From: Thermoproteota archaeon
GTDB lineage: Archaea > Thermoproteota > Methanomethylicia > Methanomethylicales > Methanomethylicaceae
Reading direction: 5' to 3'
Length of the DNA stretch: 49,235 nt
NCBI GenBank assembly: GCA_030055545.1
Contig: JASFYK010000001.1
Span: 1-49,235 of the forward strand
The notes under the pieces were generated by a model. It ran no database searches, was not told the origin of the DNA, and was given only the letters and a program-made list of their open reading frames with translations. The number at the start of each line of letters is the position of its first letter. Position 1 is the stretch's first letter. Below are positions 18,058-27,695 of the stretch, in pieces. The position numbers and the translations under genes are program-made.

Positions 18058-18912
18058 ATGACTAAGCTCAACATACTATTTGACCACATGCGCTGGGAAG
18101 AGAAGGCGCTCCATGAAGCGTGCGTGAAGAAGGGAGTGGACTTCAGCTTGGTCAGCGCTGAGAAAGTCTACTTCGAACTCACCTCCAAGGACAGGCCATC
18201 CTGGCTGGGTGATGTCGTCCTCCAGAGGTGCGTCAGCCACTTCCGCGGGCTCCACGCGACAGCAGCTCTCGAGAGCTTCGGCGTCAGGGTGATAAACAGG
18301 TACCAGACCTCCGAGCTCTGCGGTAACAAGGTGCTGAACACCATCACTTTCAAGAAGGCAGGGATACCTACGCCAAGGACGTACCTGGCATTCACACCAG
18401 AGGCCACCATTGATGCACTAGATAGGCTAGGCTACCCCGCAATACTCAAGCCGGTCATCGGGAGTTGGGGGAGGCTTGTCTCCCTTCTGAAGGACAAGAC
18501 GGCAGCTACCGTGGCGCTGGAGCACCGGGAGATGATGTTCCCGCTGTACCAGATCTATTATGCACAAGAAATGGTGAAAAGACCCCCGAGGGACCTCAGG
18601 GTCTTCGTGATAGGCGAAGATGTCCCAGTAGCAATATACAGGGTGAACAACACAGACGACTGGAGGACCAACACCGCCCGGGGTGGGAAGGTAGAGAACT
18701 GCCCCATAACGCCAGAGATAAGGGAGCTGGCACTCAAGGCAGCAGCCGCGGTTGGAGGAGGGGTGTTCGGCGTGGATATGATGGAAGACGACGGTAGGCT
18801 AGTCGTGCATGAGATAAACAGCACCGTCGAGTTTAAGAACACTGTCCCAGCTACAGGTATCGACATACCAGGAATGATTGTGGATTACGCGCTCAGGGAG
18901 GCTAAGAGATGA
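18058..18912 (+). CDS. lysX: ATP-grasp ligase LysX/ArgX (RimK family)
   Basis: 284 aa. RimK/LysX-type ATP-grasp layout. First gene of a 4-nt-overlap chain with argC/B/D/E-like genes. Confidence 0.85.
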   Translation: MTKLNILFDHMRWEEKALHEACVKKGVDFSLVSAEKVYFELTSKDRPSWLGDVVLQRCVSHFRGLHATAALESFGVRVINRYQTSELCGNKVLNTITFKKAGIPTPRTYLAFTPEATIDALDRLGYPAILKPVIGSWGRLVSLLKDKTAATVALEHREMMFPLYQIYYAQEMVKRPPRDLRVFVIGEDVPVAIYRVNNTDDWRTNTARGGKVENCPITPEIRELALKAAAAVGGGVFGVDMMEDDGRLVVHEINSTVEFKNTVPATGIDIPGMIVDYALREAKR

Positions 18913-19961
18913 GAACTGTAGGAATAGTTGGGGCTTCAGGCTACACCGGAGGGGAGCTGCTAAGGCTGCTCGTTGACCATCCGGAGGTCGAAATTAAGAT
19001 CGCGACATCAAGGGAGAATGCGGGTGAGCCTGTCTTCAGGGTGCACCCTCAGCTCAGGAAGAAGACGGACCTAAAATTCGTGGAGCCGGATCTGGAAAAA
19101 GTCGCAGCTGAGTGCGAATTCGTGTTCCTGGCATTGCCACACGGCTCCTCGGCTCCGGCGGCAAAGAGGCTGCTCGAGTCAGGAGTGAGGGTAATTGACC
19201 TCAGCGCGGACTTCAGGCTCAAGAAGGACGACTATCCAAAGTGGTACGGTTGGGAGCACCCGTTCCCTGATCTCCTCGATCTTGCAGTCTACGGTCTTCC
19301 GGAATTCCACAGGGAGGAGATCAAGGAGGCTAAGCTGGTCGCCAACCCGGGGTGTATAGCGACAGCCAGCATACTGAGCGTCGCGCCGGCGATAAAGACC
19401 GGGGCGGTTGAGAAGAACAGGGTGGTCGTGGACGCCAAGATAGGCTCCTCAGGAGCGGGTACATCCGTGAGCATCGCAAGCCACCATCCGGAGCACTCGG
19501 GATTGGTGAGGCCCTACAAGCCATCGATGCACAGGCATACAGCAGAGATCGAGCAGGAGTTGGCTCCCCTGGCAGGCGGCGAGGTGAAGGTAGCGCTCAC
19601 TCCGCATGCTGTGGACATGGTCAGGGGCATCATGGCGACAGGGCACTCTTTCCTCACCAGGCAGGTGACGAACCAGGAGCTCTGGAAGATATACAGGGAG
19701 ATGTACCAGAGCGAGCCGTTCGTGAGGATAGTCAAGGACCAGCGCGGGCTGCACATGCTTCCAGACCCTAAGAACGTGGTGGGATCGAACTTCTGTGATG
19801 TTGGTTTCGAGCTCGATCCCCATGTCAACAGGATGATAACATTCGGCGCTATCGACAACCTGATCAAGGGGGCGGCAGGCCAGGCGATCCAGAACTTCAA
19901 CATCATGATAGGCGTGGACGAGCGGACAGGCATCGACCATGCCGGGGTGAGGCCGATATGA
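18909..19961 (+). CDS. lysY: N-acetyl-gamma-glutamyl-phosphate / LysW-aminoadipyl-phosphate reductase
   Basis: 350 aa. GASGYTGGEL NAD(P) loop and catalytic-Cys motif ANPGCIATA. ATGA overlap with lysX. Confidence 0.9.
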   Translation: MRTVGIVGASGYTGGELLRLLVDHPEVEIKIATSRENAGEPVFRVHPQLRKKTDLKFVEPDLEKVAAECEFVFLALPHGSSAPAAKRLLESGVRVIDLSADFRLKKDDYPKWYGWEHPFPDLLDLAVYGLPEFHREEIKEAKLVANPGCIATASILSVAPAIKTGAVEKNRVVVDAKIGSSGAGTSVSIASHHPEHSGLVRPYKPSMHRHTAEIEQELAPLAGGEVKVALTPHAVDMVRGIMATGHSFLTRQVTNQELWKIYREMYQSEPFVRIVKDQRGLHMLPDPKNVVGSNFCDVGFELDPHVNRMITFGAIDNLIKGAAGQAIQNFNIMIGVDERTGIDHAGVRPI

Positions 19962-20776
19962 GCCCTGGCACGATCACCGTGAAGATCGGAGGGGACCTCA
20001 TCAAGGGCGAGGAGCTGAACAGACCCCTCCTCGAAGATCTCTGCACACTATCCAAGCAGGGCGGGCTAGTAGTAGTCCACGGTGGGGGCGACATAGTGAC
20101 AGATTTCGCTAAGAGGCTTGGCAAGGAGCAGGTCTTCGTCGTCTCGCCAGAGGGCTTCAAGAGCAGGTACACCGACAAGGAGACGGCAGAGATCTACGCA
20201 ATGGTTATGGCAGGCATGATAAACACGAAAATTGTAGGCGTCTTGCAGCAGTTCGGAATAAACGCTGTCGGGCTATCCGGGTTCGACGGCGGGCTCCTTA
20301 GGGCCGAGAGGAAGAAGAGGCTCGTGATAGTCGACGACCAGGGCAGGAAGAGGGCTATAGAGGGAGGCTATACTGGAAAGATCTCATCGGTCAACAGCGC
20401 GCTGATAGAGACGCTCCTCTCCAGCGGCTACGTACCGGTGATATCGCCTCTCGCCATGGGTCTTGAATTCGAGCCACTGAATGTTGACGGAGACAGGACC
20501 ACGGCGAGTGTTGCGAAGGCTATACAAGCCGATGCAGTGGTATATCTCACCGACGTTGAGGGGGTAATGGACGGCGACAAAGTGATCAGGAAGATTGCAG
20601 CCCTCGAGGTGGAGGGGCTGCTTGAGAAGATAGGTCCCGGGATGAGCACCAAGATCCATGCGGCGGTGGAAGCGGTAAAGGGCGGGGTCAAGAAAGCAGT
20701 AATAACATCAGGGTTTGTCGAGAGACCGATTTCCTCGGCCTTGGAGGGCAACACGGGCACAGTGATCTCGCTATGA
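19958..20776 (+). CDS. lysZ: Acetylglutamate / LysW-aminoadipate kinase
   Basis: 272 aa. Amino-acid kinase motifs VKIGG and VVVHGGG. ATGA overlap on both sides. Confidence 0.85.
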   Translation: MSPGTITVKIGGDLIKGEELNRPLLEDLCTLSKQGGLVVVHGGGDIVTDFAKRLGKEQVFVVSPEGFKSRYTDKETAEIYAMVMAGMINTKIVGVLQQFGINAVGLSGFDGGLLRAERKKRLVIVDDQGRKRAIEGGYTGKISSVNSALIETLLSSGYVPVISPLAMGLEFEPLNVDGDRTTASVAKAIQADAVVYLTDVEGVMDGDKVIRKIAALEVEGLLEKIGPGMSTKIHAAVEAVKGGVKKAVITSGFVERPISSALEGNTGTVISL

Positions 20777-21948
20777 CCTTCGAAGACACATTCCTTGCAG
20801 ACACTTTCTGGAAGAGACCCATCACGCTCGTGAGGGGGAGGGGCTCCAGAGTCTGGGACAGCAATGGTAAGGAGTACATAGACTGCAGCTGCGGATACGG
20901 CGTTGCCCTGCTCGGGCACTGCCACCCCAAGGTCGTCGAGGCGATCAGCAGGCAGGCATCCCGGCTCCTGACTTGCCACGGATCATTTTACAATGATGCC
21001 AGGGAGGAGTGCCTCTCGAGGCTCCACAAGATCAGGCCGGAGGGGACGGAAAGGGTTTTCCTCTCTAGCACAGGGGCTGAGGCGGTTGAGGCAGCGATTA
21101 AGCTATCGAGGAGATTCACCAAGAAGAAGGGGTTCATAGCCGCTGTCAATGCCTACCACGGGAAGACGATGGGCGCACTGTCGCTTACCTGGGCATCAAA
21201 GTACAGGGAGCCGTTCATGCCGCTATTGGACGGGGTTAAGTTTGCGCCTTATGGGAAAGCCGAGAAGGTTAGGAGTCTCATAGATCAGGATACCGCAGCC
21301 GTCTTCGTCGAGCCAGTCCAAGGCGAGGGCGGCATAAATGTTCCTCCCCAAGAGTACCTCAGGGAGCTTAGGGAGATTTGCGATGAGAAGGGCGTTCTTC
21401 TTGTGCTCGACGAGGTCCAGAGCGGCTTCGGTAGGACAGGTAAGATCTGGGCGCACCAGCACTTTGGGGTCAAGCCAGACATCCTCTGCTCAAGCAAGGC
21501 CCTGGGGGGCGGCGTGCCGATAGCCGCGACGTTCGCAAGGGAAGACATAATGGGATCGATTAAGAGGGGCGAGCATTCAAACACGTTCGGGGGCAATCCG
21601 CTTGCCTGCGCAGCCTGCACGGCAGCCGTTGACGCGCTCATTGGGGAGGGGCTCGTCGAGAACGCAAGGGAAGTGGGGGAGGAACTGAAGAGGGGGCTCT
21701 CCAGCATCGGGAGCAGCTTGGTCAGGGAGGTCCGCGGGCTCGGGCTCATGATCGGGGTGGATATGCGGTTCGAGACCATGGGAATGATACTTCGCTGCCT
21801 TGAAGGAGGGGTCATCGTCCTCGAGGCTGGAAAGACTGTCCTGAGGCTTTTACCTCCGCTAGTCTTGAGCAAAGAAGACGCCAAGACAGTGGTTGAAACG
21901 GTTTCCAATGCTGTGCTGGAGGAAGAGAAGAGGAGAAAAGGTGCATAA
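20773..21948 (+). CDS. lysJ: Acetylornithine / LysW-lysine aminotransferase (class III PLP)
   Basis: 391 aa. LDEVQSGFGRTGK motif and PLP-lysine context SSKALGGG. Confidence 0.9.
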   Translation: MTFEDTFLADTFWKRPITLVRGRGSRVWDSNGKEYIDCSCGYGVALLGHCHPKVVEAISRQASRLLTCHGSFYNDAREECLSRLHKIRPEGTERVFLSSTGAEAVEAAIKLSRRFTKKKGFIAAVNAYHGKTMGALSLTWASKYREPFMPLLDGVKFAPYGKAEKVRSLIDQDTAAVFVEPVQGEGGINVPPQEYLRELREICDEKGVLLVLDEVQSGFGRTGKIWAHQHFGVKPDILCSSKALGGGVPIAATFAREDIMGSIKRGEHSNTFGGNPLACAACTAAVDALIGEGLVENAREVGEELKRGLSSIGSSLVREVRGLGLMIGVDMRFETMGMILRCLEGGVIVLEAGKTVLRLLPPLVLSKEDAKTVVETVSNAVLEEEKRRKGA

Positions 21949-21949
21949 G

Positions 21950-23053
21950 ATGGAAGAAGGGTACCCGGAGAGGCTCCTGCTGCGGATGCTGGAGATATAC
22001 AGCCCGAGCGGTCATGAAAGGGAGATCGGCAGCTTCTTGGCAGAAGAGATGGAAAGTCTAGGTTACAAGGTGACGACTGACAGCGTCGGCAATGTTGAGG
22101 GCAGAGTCGGGTCAGGGAGACCAAAGTTCCTCCTTTGCGGGCACATGGACACTGTGGAAGGTTTCTTGGAGGTCAAGAGAAGGGGCAAGGTCGTATTTGG
22201 CAGGGGGGCAGTCGACGCAAAATCACCCTTGGCAGCCCTAATCTGCGCAGGAAAGCGTTATGTCGAAGATGGCGGAAAGGGCGAGGTGGTTGCACTCGCA
22301 GTCGTGGACGAGGAGGGAAAGAGCAGGGGGATGAGGCATTTCCTCTCCAACCTTAATGAAGAATTCGATTTTGCGGTTTTTGGGGAGCCAAGCAGCGCTT
22401 ATGGGGTAACAGTTGGATACAAAGGAAGGCTCGTCTTCACCGTCACGATCCGAACCTCCCCCGGACACGCCAGCGCCCCCAGGTTCTTTGAAAACGCGGT
22501 TTACATAGGCACAGATCTCGTGAGCATGTTAAGGAGCCTTGATGAAGAATGGGAGGGGTCAGGGGAGGACCTTTTCAAGTCACCTTCGCTGTGCGTCACG
22601 CTATTTCGCGGGGGGGCACAGGATAACACCGTCCCAGGCATCTGTGAGGTCACGGCCGACGTCAGGGTCCCGCCAGGCATGTCGTCAAAGCTGCTAAAAG
22701 ACAAGATCCGGCTGCTCGTTGATGAGTTCAAGAAGGGGAGAGATAAGGCAGAGATCTCTGTGGAATTCAAGGACGAGAATGAGCCCTTCGAGGAGGATCC
22801 GGAATCGCCGCTTGTGAATGCTTTCCTCGAGGCGATAAGGGAGGTCAGCGGCAGAGAGGGCAAGCTCCTCAGGAAGAGCGGCACAAGCGATGTCAATGAC
22901 TTCGTCAGGGCATCGGGCACTCACTCCGTTGTGTATGGGCCCGGCAACTCCAAGCTGGATCACACGCCGATGGAGAACGTCTCCATCGAGGAGTTCTACC
23001 ACAGCATCGAGATCATAAAGAGTGCGATGAAGCGCCTTGACAGTCTCTTCTGA
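21950..23053 (+). CDS. lysK: M20 deacylase LysK/ArgE
   Basis: ATG 21950 lies 2 nt after the lysJ TAA; the 21893 start in the ORF track is an upstream read-through. Motifs CGHMDTV and GRGAVDAKS. Confidence 0.8.
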   Translation: MEEGYPERLLLRMLEIYSPSGHEREIGSFLAEEMESLGYKVTTDSVGNVEGRVGSGRPKFLLCGHMDTVEGFLEVKRRGKVVFGRGAVDAKSPLAALICAGKRYVEDGGKGEVVALAVVDEEGKSRGMRHFLSNLNEEFDFAVFGEPSSAYGVTVGYKGRLVFTVTIRTSPGHASAPRFFENAVYIGTDLVSMLRSLDEEWEGSGEDLFKSPSLCVTLFRGGAQDNTVPGICEVTADVRVPPGMSSKLLKDKIRLLVDEFKKGRDKAEISVEFKDENEPFEEDPESPLVNAFLEAIREVSGREGKLLRKSGTSDVNDFVRASGTHSVVYGPGNSKLDHTPMENVSIEEFYHSIEIIKSAMKRLDSLF

Positions 23054-23057
23054 GGAT

Positions 23058-23474
23058 TTACTGTATCTCTATTTTGAAGACCTTCCCCTTCTTCGGGAGG
23101 CGGAGCTCTAGGACATTCTTGACGAACCTGGCCTTGGCTCGCTCAGGGTCAATTTTTGTCGGCAGCGTGAAGGTCTTTGAGTATTTGAAGAACCGCATGC
23201 CCCTCTGGAATGTCCCCCAACGCTCGTACTGCACAGCCTTCTCCATCTTTGCCTCAATGCTTACAGTGTCCTCAGTCACGTTCACTGTGATCTCGTCTTT
23301 GCTCCTGACGCATGGCATATCGACCCTTACTATAAGCTCGTTATCGGTTTCCTGTATCTCGGTCAGGGGTTCAAGACAGCCGTCCATGTATCCACGAAGC
23401 CTCGCCTGGATGTCAAAATAATCTGCAGGGAACGTCTTGACGCACCTCCTACACATACATGAGCGGCAGCTCAT
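23058..23474 (-). CDS. Hsp20/alpha-crystallin-domain small heat-shock protein
   Basis: ACD-like core EIQETDNELIVRVDMPC...FTLPTKIDPERAKARFVKNVLELRLPK. Start uncertain: ATG 23474 overlaps the PAC2 gene by 26 nt, and ATG 23387 is the alternative. Confidence 0.65.
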   Translation of the reverse strand: MSCRSCMCRRCVKTFPADYFDIQARLRGYMDGCLEPLTEIQETDNELIVRVDMPCVRSKDEITVNVTEDTVSIEAKMEKAVQYERWGTFQRGMRFFKYSKTFTLPTKIDPERAKARFVKNVLELRLPKKGKVFKIEIQ

Positions 23475-24201
23475 ACTCCTGTGACTTTCCCATCCTCTGC
23501 ATATTCTCTGCAGTCTTGCGCATCAGCTCCCTCGCATTCATCCTTATCTCGTCGGATCGGTCTTTGAGCGACTTTATGTCTACGGAGATCGGCACGAATT
23601 TTTTCAGTGCCTCTAAAGCACTAGCAGCTGCACCGGGGTCAGGGTAGTTCGGGAAGGATTCTGCAAGGAGTATCAAGTTGGGGACATCTAGGGACTTGGA
23701 GTGCTTGGCTATCAGCCCGTAAGGCCCCACCAAGAAGCCCTCCTCCATCAAGCTGATTCCGTTCTGCAGGATCATGTCCCTCAGCTTCTGGGAGGAAGAG
23801 GCGCCGTAAACCTTTGGCTCTTCGATGTCTATGCGGTTTGGAACCCCTATCCCTCCAAGCGAAATTACCATTGGAAGCTTCTTCTCCTTCGACCAATTCA
23901 CAATGAGGCGGGTAAGAGGGTAGAGCGATTCTGGTGGGAGGGCGGTCTCCGAGAATACTGCTAACAGGTTATCCTTCCTGAATATCCTGATCGGGTAAGT
24001 CGGTTCCCCCTGGTGGAAGACAACAAGTGGAGGAAAGAGCTCAGAATCTATGTATCCCACCTCTTTCATGCCAAGTTCCTTGATTATGTGTGACACGGAT
24101 ATGATTCCGACAAGCCCGACATCTGGAAGACCGCATAAGAGGGCGGAATGCTCCCCATCGATCTTCTCAAGCTCGTATATTGAAACTTCATTTGGCTTCA
24201 A
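23449..24201 (-). CDS. PAC2-family proteasome assembly chaperone (PbaB-like)
   Basis: 250 aa. N-terminal LLCGLPDVGLVGIISVSHII pattern typical of the PAC2/DUF75 family. Confidence 0.65.
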   Translation of the reverse strand: MKPNEVSIYELEKIDGEHSALLCGLPDVGLVGIISVSHIIKELGMKEVGYIDSELFPPLVVFHQGEPTYPIRIFRKDNLLAVFSETALPPESLYPLTRLIVNWSKEKKLPMVISLGGIGVPNRIDIEEPKVYGASSSQKLRDMILQNGISLMEEGFLVGPYGLIAKHSKSLDVPNLILLAESFPNYPDPGAAASALEALKKFVPISVDIKSLKDRSDEIRMNARELMRKTAENMQRMGKSQEYELPLMYV

Positions 24202-24302
24202 AAAGCATCCCTAATCTATTAGCCCAATCCGATTTTTTAACCCTGTCGGAAGCTTTGGGCAGGAGAGGCGGGAAAGATGGTGGTTGAATAGGAGGAAGGT
24301 TG

Positions 24303-25628
24303 TCAGGGGCGGGGCTCCTCAAGGACTAGCACGGCCCCTTCCTTGCCGGATATTCTGTACTTCTTGCCCGCGACTATCCCTTCGGCAGATTTCGCCTGCC
24401 AGTATTCTCCCCTGTACATCACGAAGATAACCTCACCTGGCTTCGCGTTCTCCGTTGGTATGACAATATCGCCTATCATCGTCCCCACGATTGGTGGCCT
24501 GCGCCTGACTTGCAATACCTTTATCGCTGCAAAGAGGAAGAGCGCGGCGACGCAGACCCCTACGGCGACGATCATGTAGGTGAACGTGGAGTACCAGTCA
24601 CCGGAGACCGCCCATTTCTCTGGGCTGAAGGGAACAAGGAATAGTGCCCCGAATGTCAGTATTATCACGCCGCTGATTCCCAGGACACCGAATCCCGGGG
24701 TTGCGAGCTCGTATATCAGCAGTATCGCCCCAACTACCATCATTACAGCGGATACAACATTGATGTCAAATCCCATCCCTATGAGGGCAAGGAGGATCGC
24801 TATTCCTCCGAGTATTTCCCCTCCATGACCGGGGGCAGAGAAGCCGTATATCAGGGCGAAAAGCCCCACAAGGAAGAGGATGCTCGAGACAGTAGGATCT
24901 GATATTGCATTGAGTATTGCTTCCCTAGGCCTCATCGAATAAACGTCTACTGCTGCGCCGCGAGTGTCCAAGGTAACCACGCCTGATGCCAAAAGGACGG
25001 ACCTTCCATCAATCACCTCGAGCAGTCTGGCTATGCTGTCCGCACGGTACTCGATTACACCGTACTCGTAAGCCTCAAGGTCGTTAACGTTGGTGTTTTT
25101 TATGACGAAATCCCGGGCAAGGGTCAGGTTCCTGTCTCTAGACTCAGCGTGGGTCGACATCACCGCTACCAAGGCGTTTATGATTTTGTCATCCTCGACA
25201 GGGGTGCTGCCCAGAGGCGAATAAGATATCGGCTGGCAAGATCCGATTACCGTGTTCGGGGCCATTGCTGCAACATGGGAAGCCATAAGAATGTAGGTCC
25301 CTGCTGACCAGGCGGTCGTCCCAGCAGGATAAACGTAGGCGACAACTGGTATTGGCGAGTTGTCTATGCGCTCAATTATCCTTAGCATAGCGTCAACGCT
25401 CCCCCCAGGGGTCGATAGCACAACCAGCACTGCGCTGTATCTCTCCCTAGATGCTATCTCGAGCGCGTCTGCAAAGGCGTCAGCATGCGCTATGGTGATT
25501 GTCCCCGTTATCGGCACCTGGAGGACCTTCGGCGCAGCAGAGACTGCGCTACCGGACAAAGCACCAAGAATGAACAGAAAAAGGAAAAATGTCAGGGTTC
25601 GAGTTCGAAGACGGCTTATTTGAACCAC
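24303..25628 (-). CDS. NfeD-type membrane-bound serine protease (stomatin operon partner)
   Basis: 441 aa. Signal/TM helix, ClpP-fold region with WSAGTYI (active-site Ser context), multi-TM middle, C-terminal OB-like NfeD domain. Lies immediately downstream of the stomatin gene. Confidence 0.8.
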   Translation of the reverse strand: MVQISRLRTRTLTFFLFLFILGALSGSAVSAAPKVLQVPITGTITIAHADAFADALEIASRERYSAVLVVLSTPGGSVDAMLRIIERIDNSPIPVVAYVYPAGTTAWSAGTYILMASHVAAMAPNTVIGSCQPISYSPLGSTPVEDDKIINALVAVMSTHAESRDRNLTLARDFVIKNTNVNDLEAYEYGVIEYRADSIARLLEVIDGRSVLLASGVVTLDTRGAAVDVYSMRPREAILNAISDPTVSSILFLVGLFALIYGFSAPGHGGEILGGIAILLALIGMGFDINVVSAVMMVVGAILLIYELATPGFGVLGISGVIILTFGALFLVPFSPEKWAVSGDWYSTFTYMIVAVGVCVAALFLFAAIKVLQVRRRPPIVGTMIGDIVIPTENAKPGEVIFVMYRGEYWQAKSAEGIVAGKKYRISGKEGAVLVLEEPRP

Positions 25629-25638
25629 CCACTAAGGC

Positions 25639-26448
25639 TCATTTCCTCTCCTGGACTGCCTTGGCGATCCCAGCTATGCTGCCTATGTCGCTCGATGCAG
25701 AGCTTGAGATGACTATCAGGTTCTTCTCCCTTGCGACCTCGGTTATCATTTGGAACTCCCTGAGCTTCATTGCTATTGGAGCCTTGTTGTAGAACTCCGC
25801 TGCCTCGAACATCTTCTGCGCAGCCTGCTGCTCGCCCTCAGCTATGATTATCCTCGACCGCCTCTCGCGCTCCGCCTCTGCCTGCTTAGCGATTGCCCGC
25901 TGGAGGCTCTCCGGGATTGTGACGTCCTTTATCACGACAGCGGTGACTTTTATTCCCCATGGGTCTGTAGCCAGGTCCAGCGATTGCTGTAGCCTCTTGT
26001 TCAATTCTTCACGCCTAGCCAATATCTCATCAAGCTCGACCTGCCCAAGAACGTCCCTCAGCATGGTCTGGGCCAATAGGTTTGTCGATAGGACGTAGTT
26101 CTCCACCTGGGTTATCGCCTTGTTCGGATCGAAGACCCTGTAGTAAACAACGGCATCCACGCTTATCGTAATGTTGTCCCTTGTGATAACGACTTGCTTG
26201 GGTACGTCGAATGTCAGCACCCTGAGATCGACCTTCCTAAACGCATCGACGAACGGGATGATCAGAAAGAGCCCTGGTCCCTTCGCCCCCAAGAGCCTCC
26301 CCAACCTGAATATAACTGCCCGCTCGTACTCCTTTACGATTTTGATCGATGATGAGAGTATCCAGACGATTATCACCAGCACTACGAAAGCAACGATCAG
26401 CGTATTTATTGACTCAAATATTCCGCCTATCTGCAACGCTAAATTCAA
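25639..26448 (-). CDS. Stomatin/prohibitin (SPFH) family protein
   Basis: 269 aa. N-terminal TM helix then KEYERAVIFRLGR, the classic SPFH start. Coiled-coil AKQAEAERERR. Confidence 0.9.
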   Translation of the reverse strand: MNLALQIGGIFESINTLIVAFVVLVIIVWILSSSIKIVKEYERAVIFRLGRLLGAKGPGLFLIIPFVDAFRKVDLRVLTFDVPKQVVITRDNITISVDAVVYYRVFDPNKAITQVENYVLSTNLLAQTMLRDVLGQVELDEILARREELNKRLQQSLDLATDPWGIKVTAVVIKDVTIPESLQRAIAKQAEAERERRSRIIIAEGEQQAAQKMFEAAEFYNKAPIAMKLREFQMITEVAREKNLIVISSSASSDIGSIAGIAKAVQERK

Positions 26449-26506
26449 AAATATACCCCCTTAATATTAGGGGGAATCTCGGATATTAGCATAACTATGG
26501 GTTCGA

Positions 26507-27610
26507 TCAGGGCTGCTGCCAAATGAGGCGCCTCATAGCCTCCGCGACTATCTGGTAAGTCCTGTCTACCTTTCCGGACCGTTCGCTCCCTGCATTGTAT
26601 ATGTCGAATTCCATAAAATCCAATCCCACGAGCTTCGAGGTTTTGAGCGACTTCTTTACGGAGGCGACGAGCCCGTAGAGGTCGGAATGATCTATGCCGT
26701 AGTAGTCCAAGAATCGTGCGCCTTTGATCGAGGTGTTCGAGCATACATCCACATCAACAGAAACGTAGGTATACGGCATGGCAGTGCTTGAGAGCACCTC
26801 CCTGACCTCCCCCATGCTTCGCTGGACCCTCTCCTTTGTAATCACGTGCACACCCGATTCTTCAAGATCCTTGTAAAATTCGACGTATCTCTTTACCCGG
26901 TCATCCTCTATTTCATGAGCGGCCTGCGGAGGGTAGTCTGAGACACCAACAACGAATATGTTCTCTCTTGGGATTTTATCAAGGATGTAGTAGAGGAACG
27001 AGTCTGCGTTGTAGCTGTTAGGCCTGTTGAATATGAAAGGGTCGTTAGGCGAGAACTTTGTCTCTGGGTTCGTCTCCAAGTCGTACTGTATCAGCCCGCA
27101 CCTGATGCTGGGGATTATGAAGTCGAAGTGACTGTCAAAGACGATCAGCCGAATCGACTCGCCCCCCAGCTCCTTAGAAAGGACCTCGACTGCGCCGCCT
27201 GTGAGCGAGTGATCGACGCCAAACATCACTGGGACGGCAGGCAGCCCTCCTTCGACTAGTCCGCCCAGCTTCCTAGCATACTCGAGGCAGCCATTCGAGT
27301 CAATGAAAGCTACAAAGTTCTCCACGGTCAGCATGAAGGACATCGACTTTGGGGGCGCTGGCAGTAGCCAAGGCTCGACATCTATCTTTGACTCCTGACC
27401 CGGTATCTTTACGAGCTCCCTGGCAACACCGTCGTAAGGGTCTTTGAATGGGATGCCCTCGTAGCCCTTCTCCAGCATCTCGATCTTTCTGAGGACGCTC
27501 GATTCCCGCTCATCAGGGTCTAAAGGGCCTCTGATGAAGAACATATCCATACCACGAAAAAGGCAAGTGGAGCTTTTTTTCTCTATCGGTGAATTTTGGC
27601 TCTTAGGCAA
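26507..27610 (-). CDS. Divergent arginase/agmatinase (ureohydrolase) fold protein (probable start ATG 27550)
   Basis: Metal-ligand-like motifs GVDHSLTGG, FDSHFD and SVDVDV are present. The usual DP..APG substrate loop after SxDxD is absent, and there is an extra ~110-aa N-terminal region. Confidence 0.55.
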   Translation of the reverse strand: MPKSQNSPIEKKSSTCLFRGMDMFFIRGPLDPDERESSVLRKIEMLEKGYEGIPFKDPYDGVARELVKIPGQESKIDVEPWLLPAPPKSMSFMLTVENFVAFIDSNGCLEYARKLGGLVEGGLPAVPVMFGVDHSLTGGAVEVLSKELGGESIRLIVFDSHFDFIIPSIRCGLIQYDLETNPETKFSPNDPFIFNRPNSYNADSFLYYILDKIPRENIFVVGVSDYPPQAAHEIEDDRVKRYVEFYKDLEESGVHVITKERVQRSMGEVREVLSSTAMPYTYVSVDVDVCSNTSIKGARFLDYYGIDHSDLYGLVASVKKSLKTSKLVGLDFMEFDIYNAGSERSGKVDRTYQIVAEAMRRLIWQQP

Positions 27611-27658
27611 CGAAGTCTAGATCTCAAGAAAATTTAAGATAATTGATTGAAAACAGGT

Positions 27659-27680
27659 AATAAAAATAAAAAACGGAAAA
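27659..27680 (-). terminator. Oligo-T terminator downstream of the CCG Fe-S protein gene
   Basis: + strand AATAAAAATAAAAAAC reads GTTTTTTATTTTTATT on the minus strand, 20-35 nt after the stop at 27696. Confidence 0.45.
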
Positions 27681-27695
27681 GGAAGAGGGTTGAGC

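Noticed and set aside
21285-22124. 279-aa ORF antisense to lysJ/lysK
   Set aside because: S/P/A/L-rich low-complexity translation with no motifs. It is fully antisense to two well-supported genes, a typical shadow ORF in GC-rich coding DNA.
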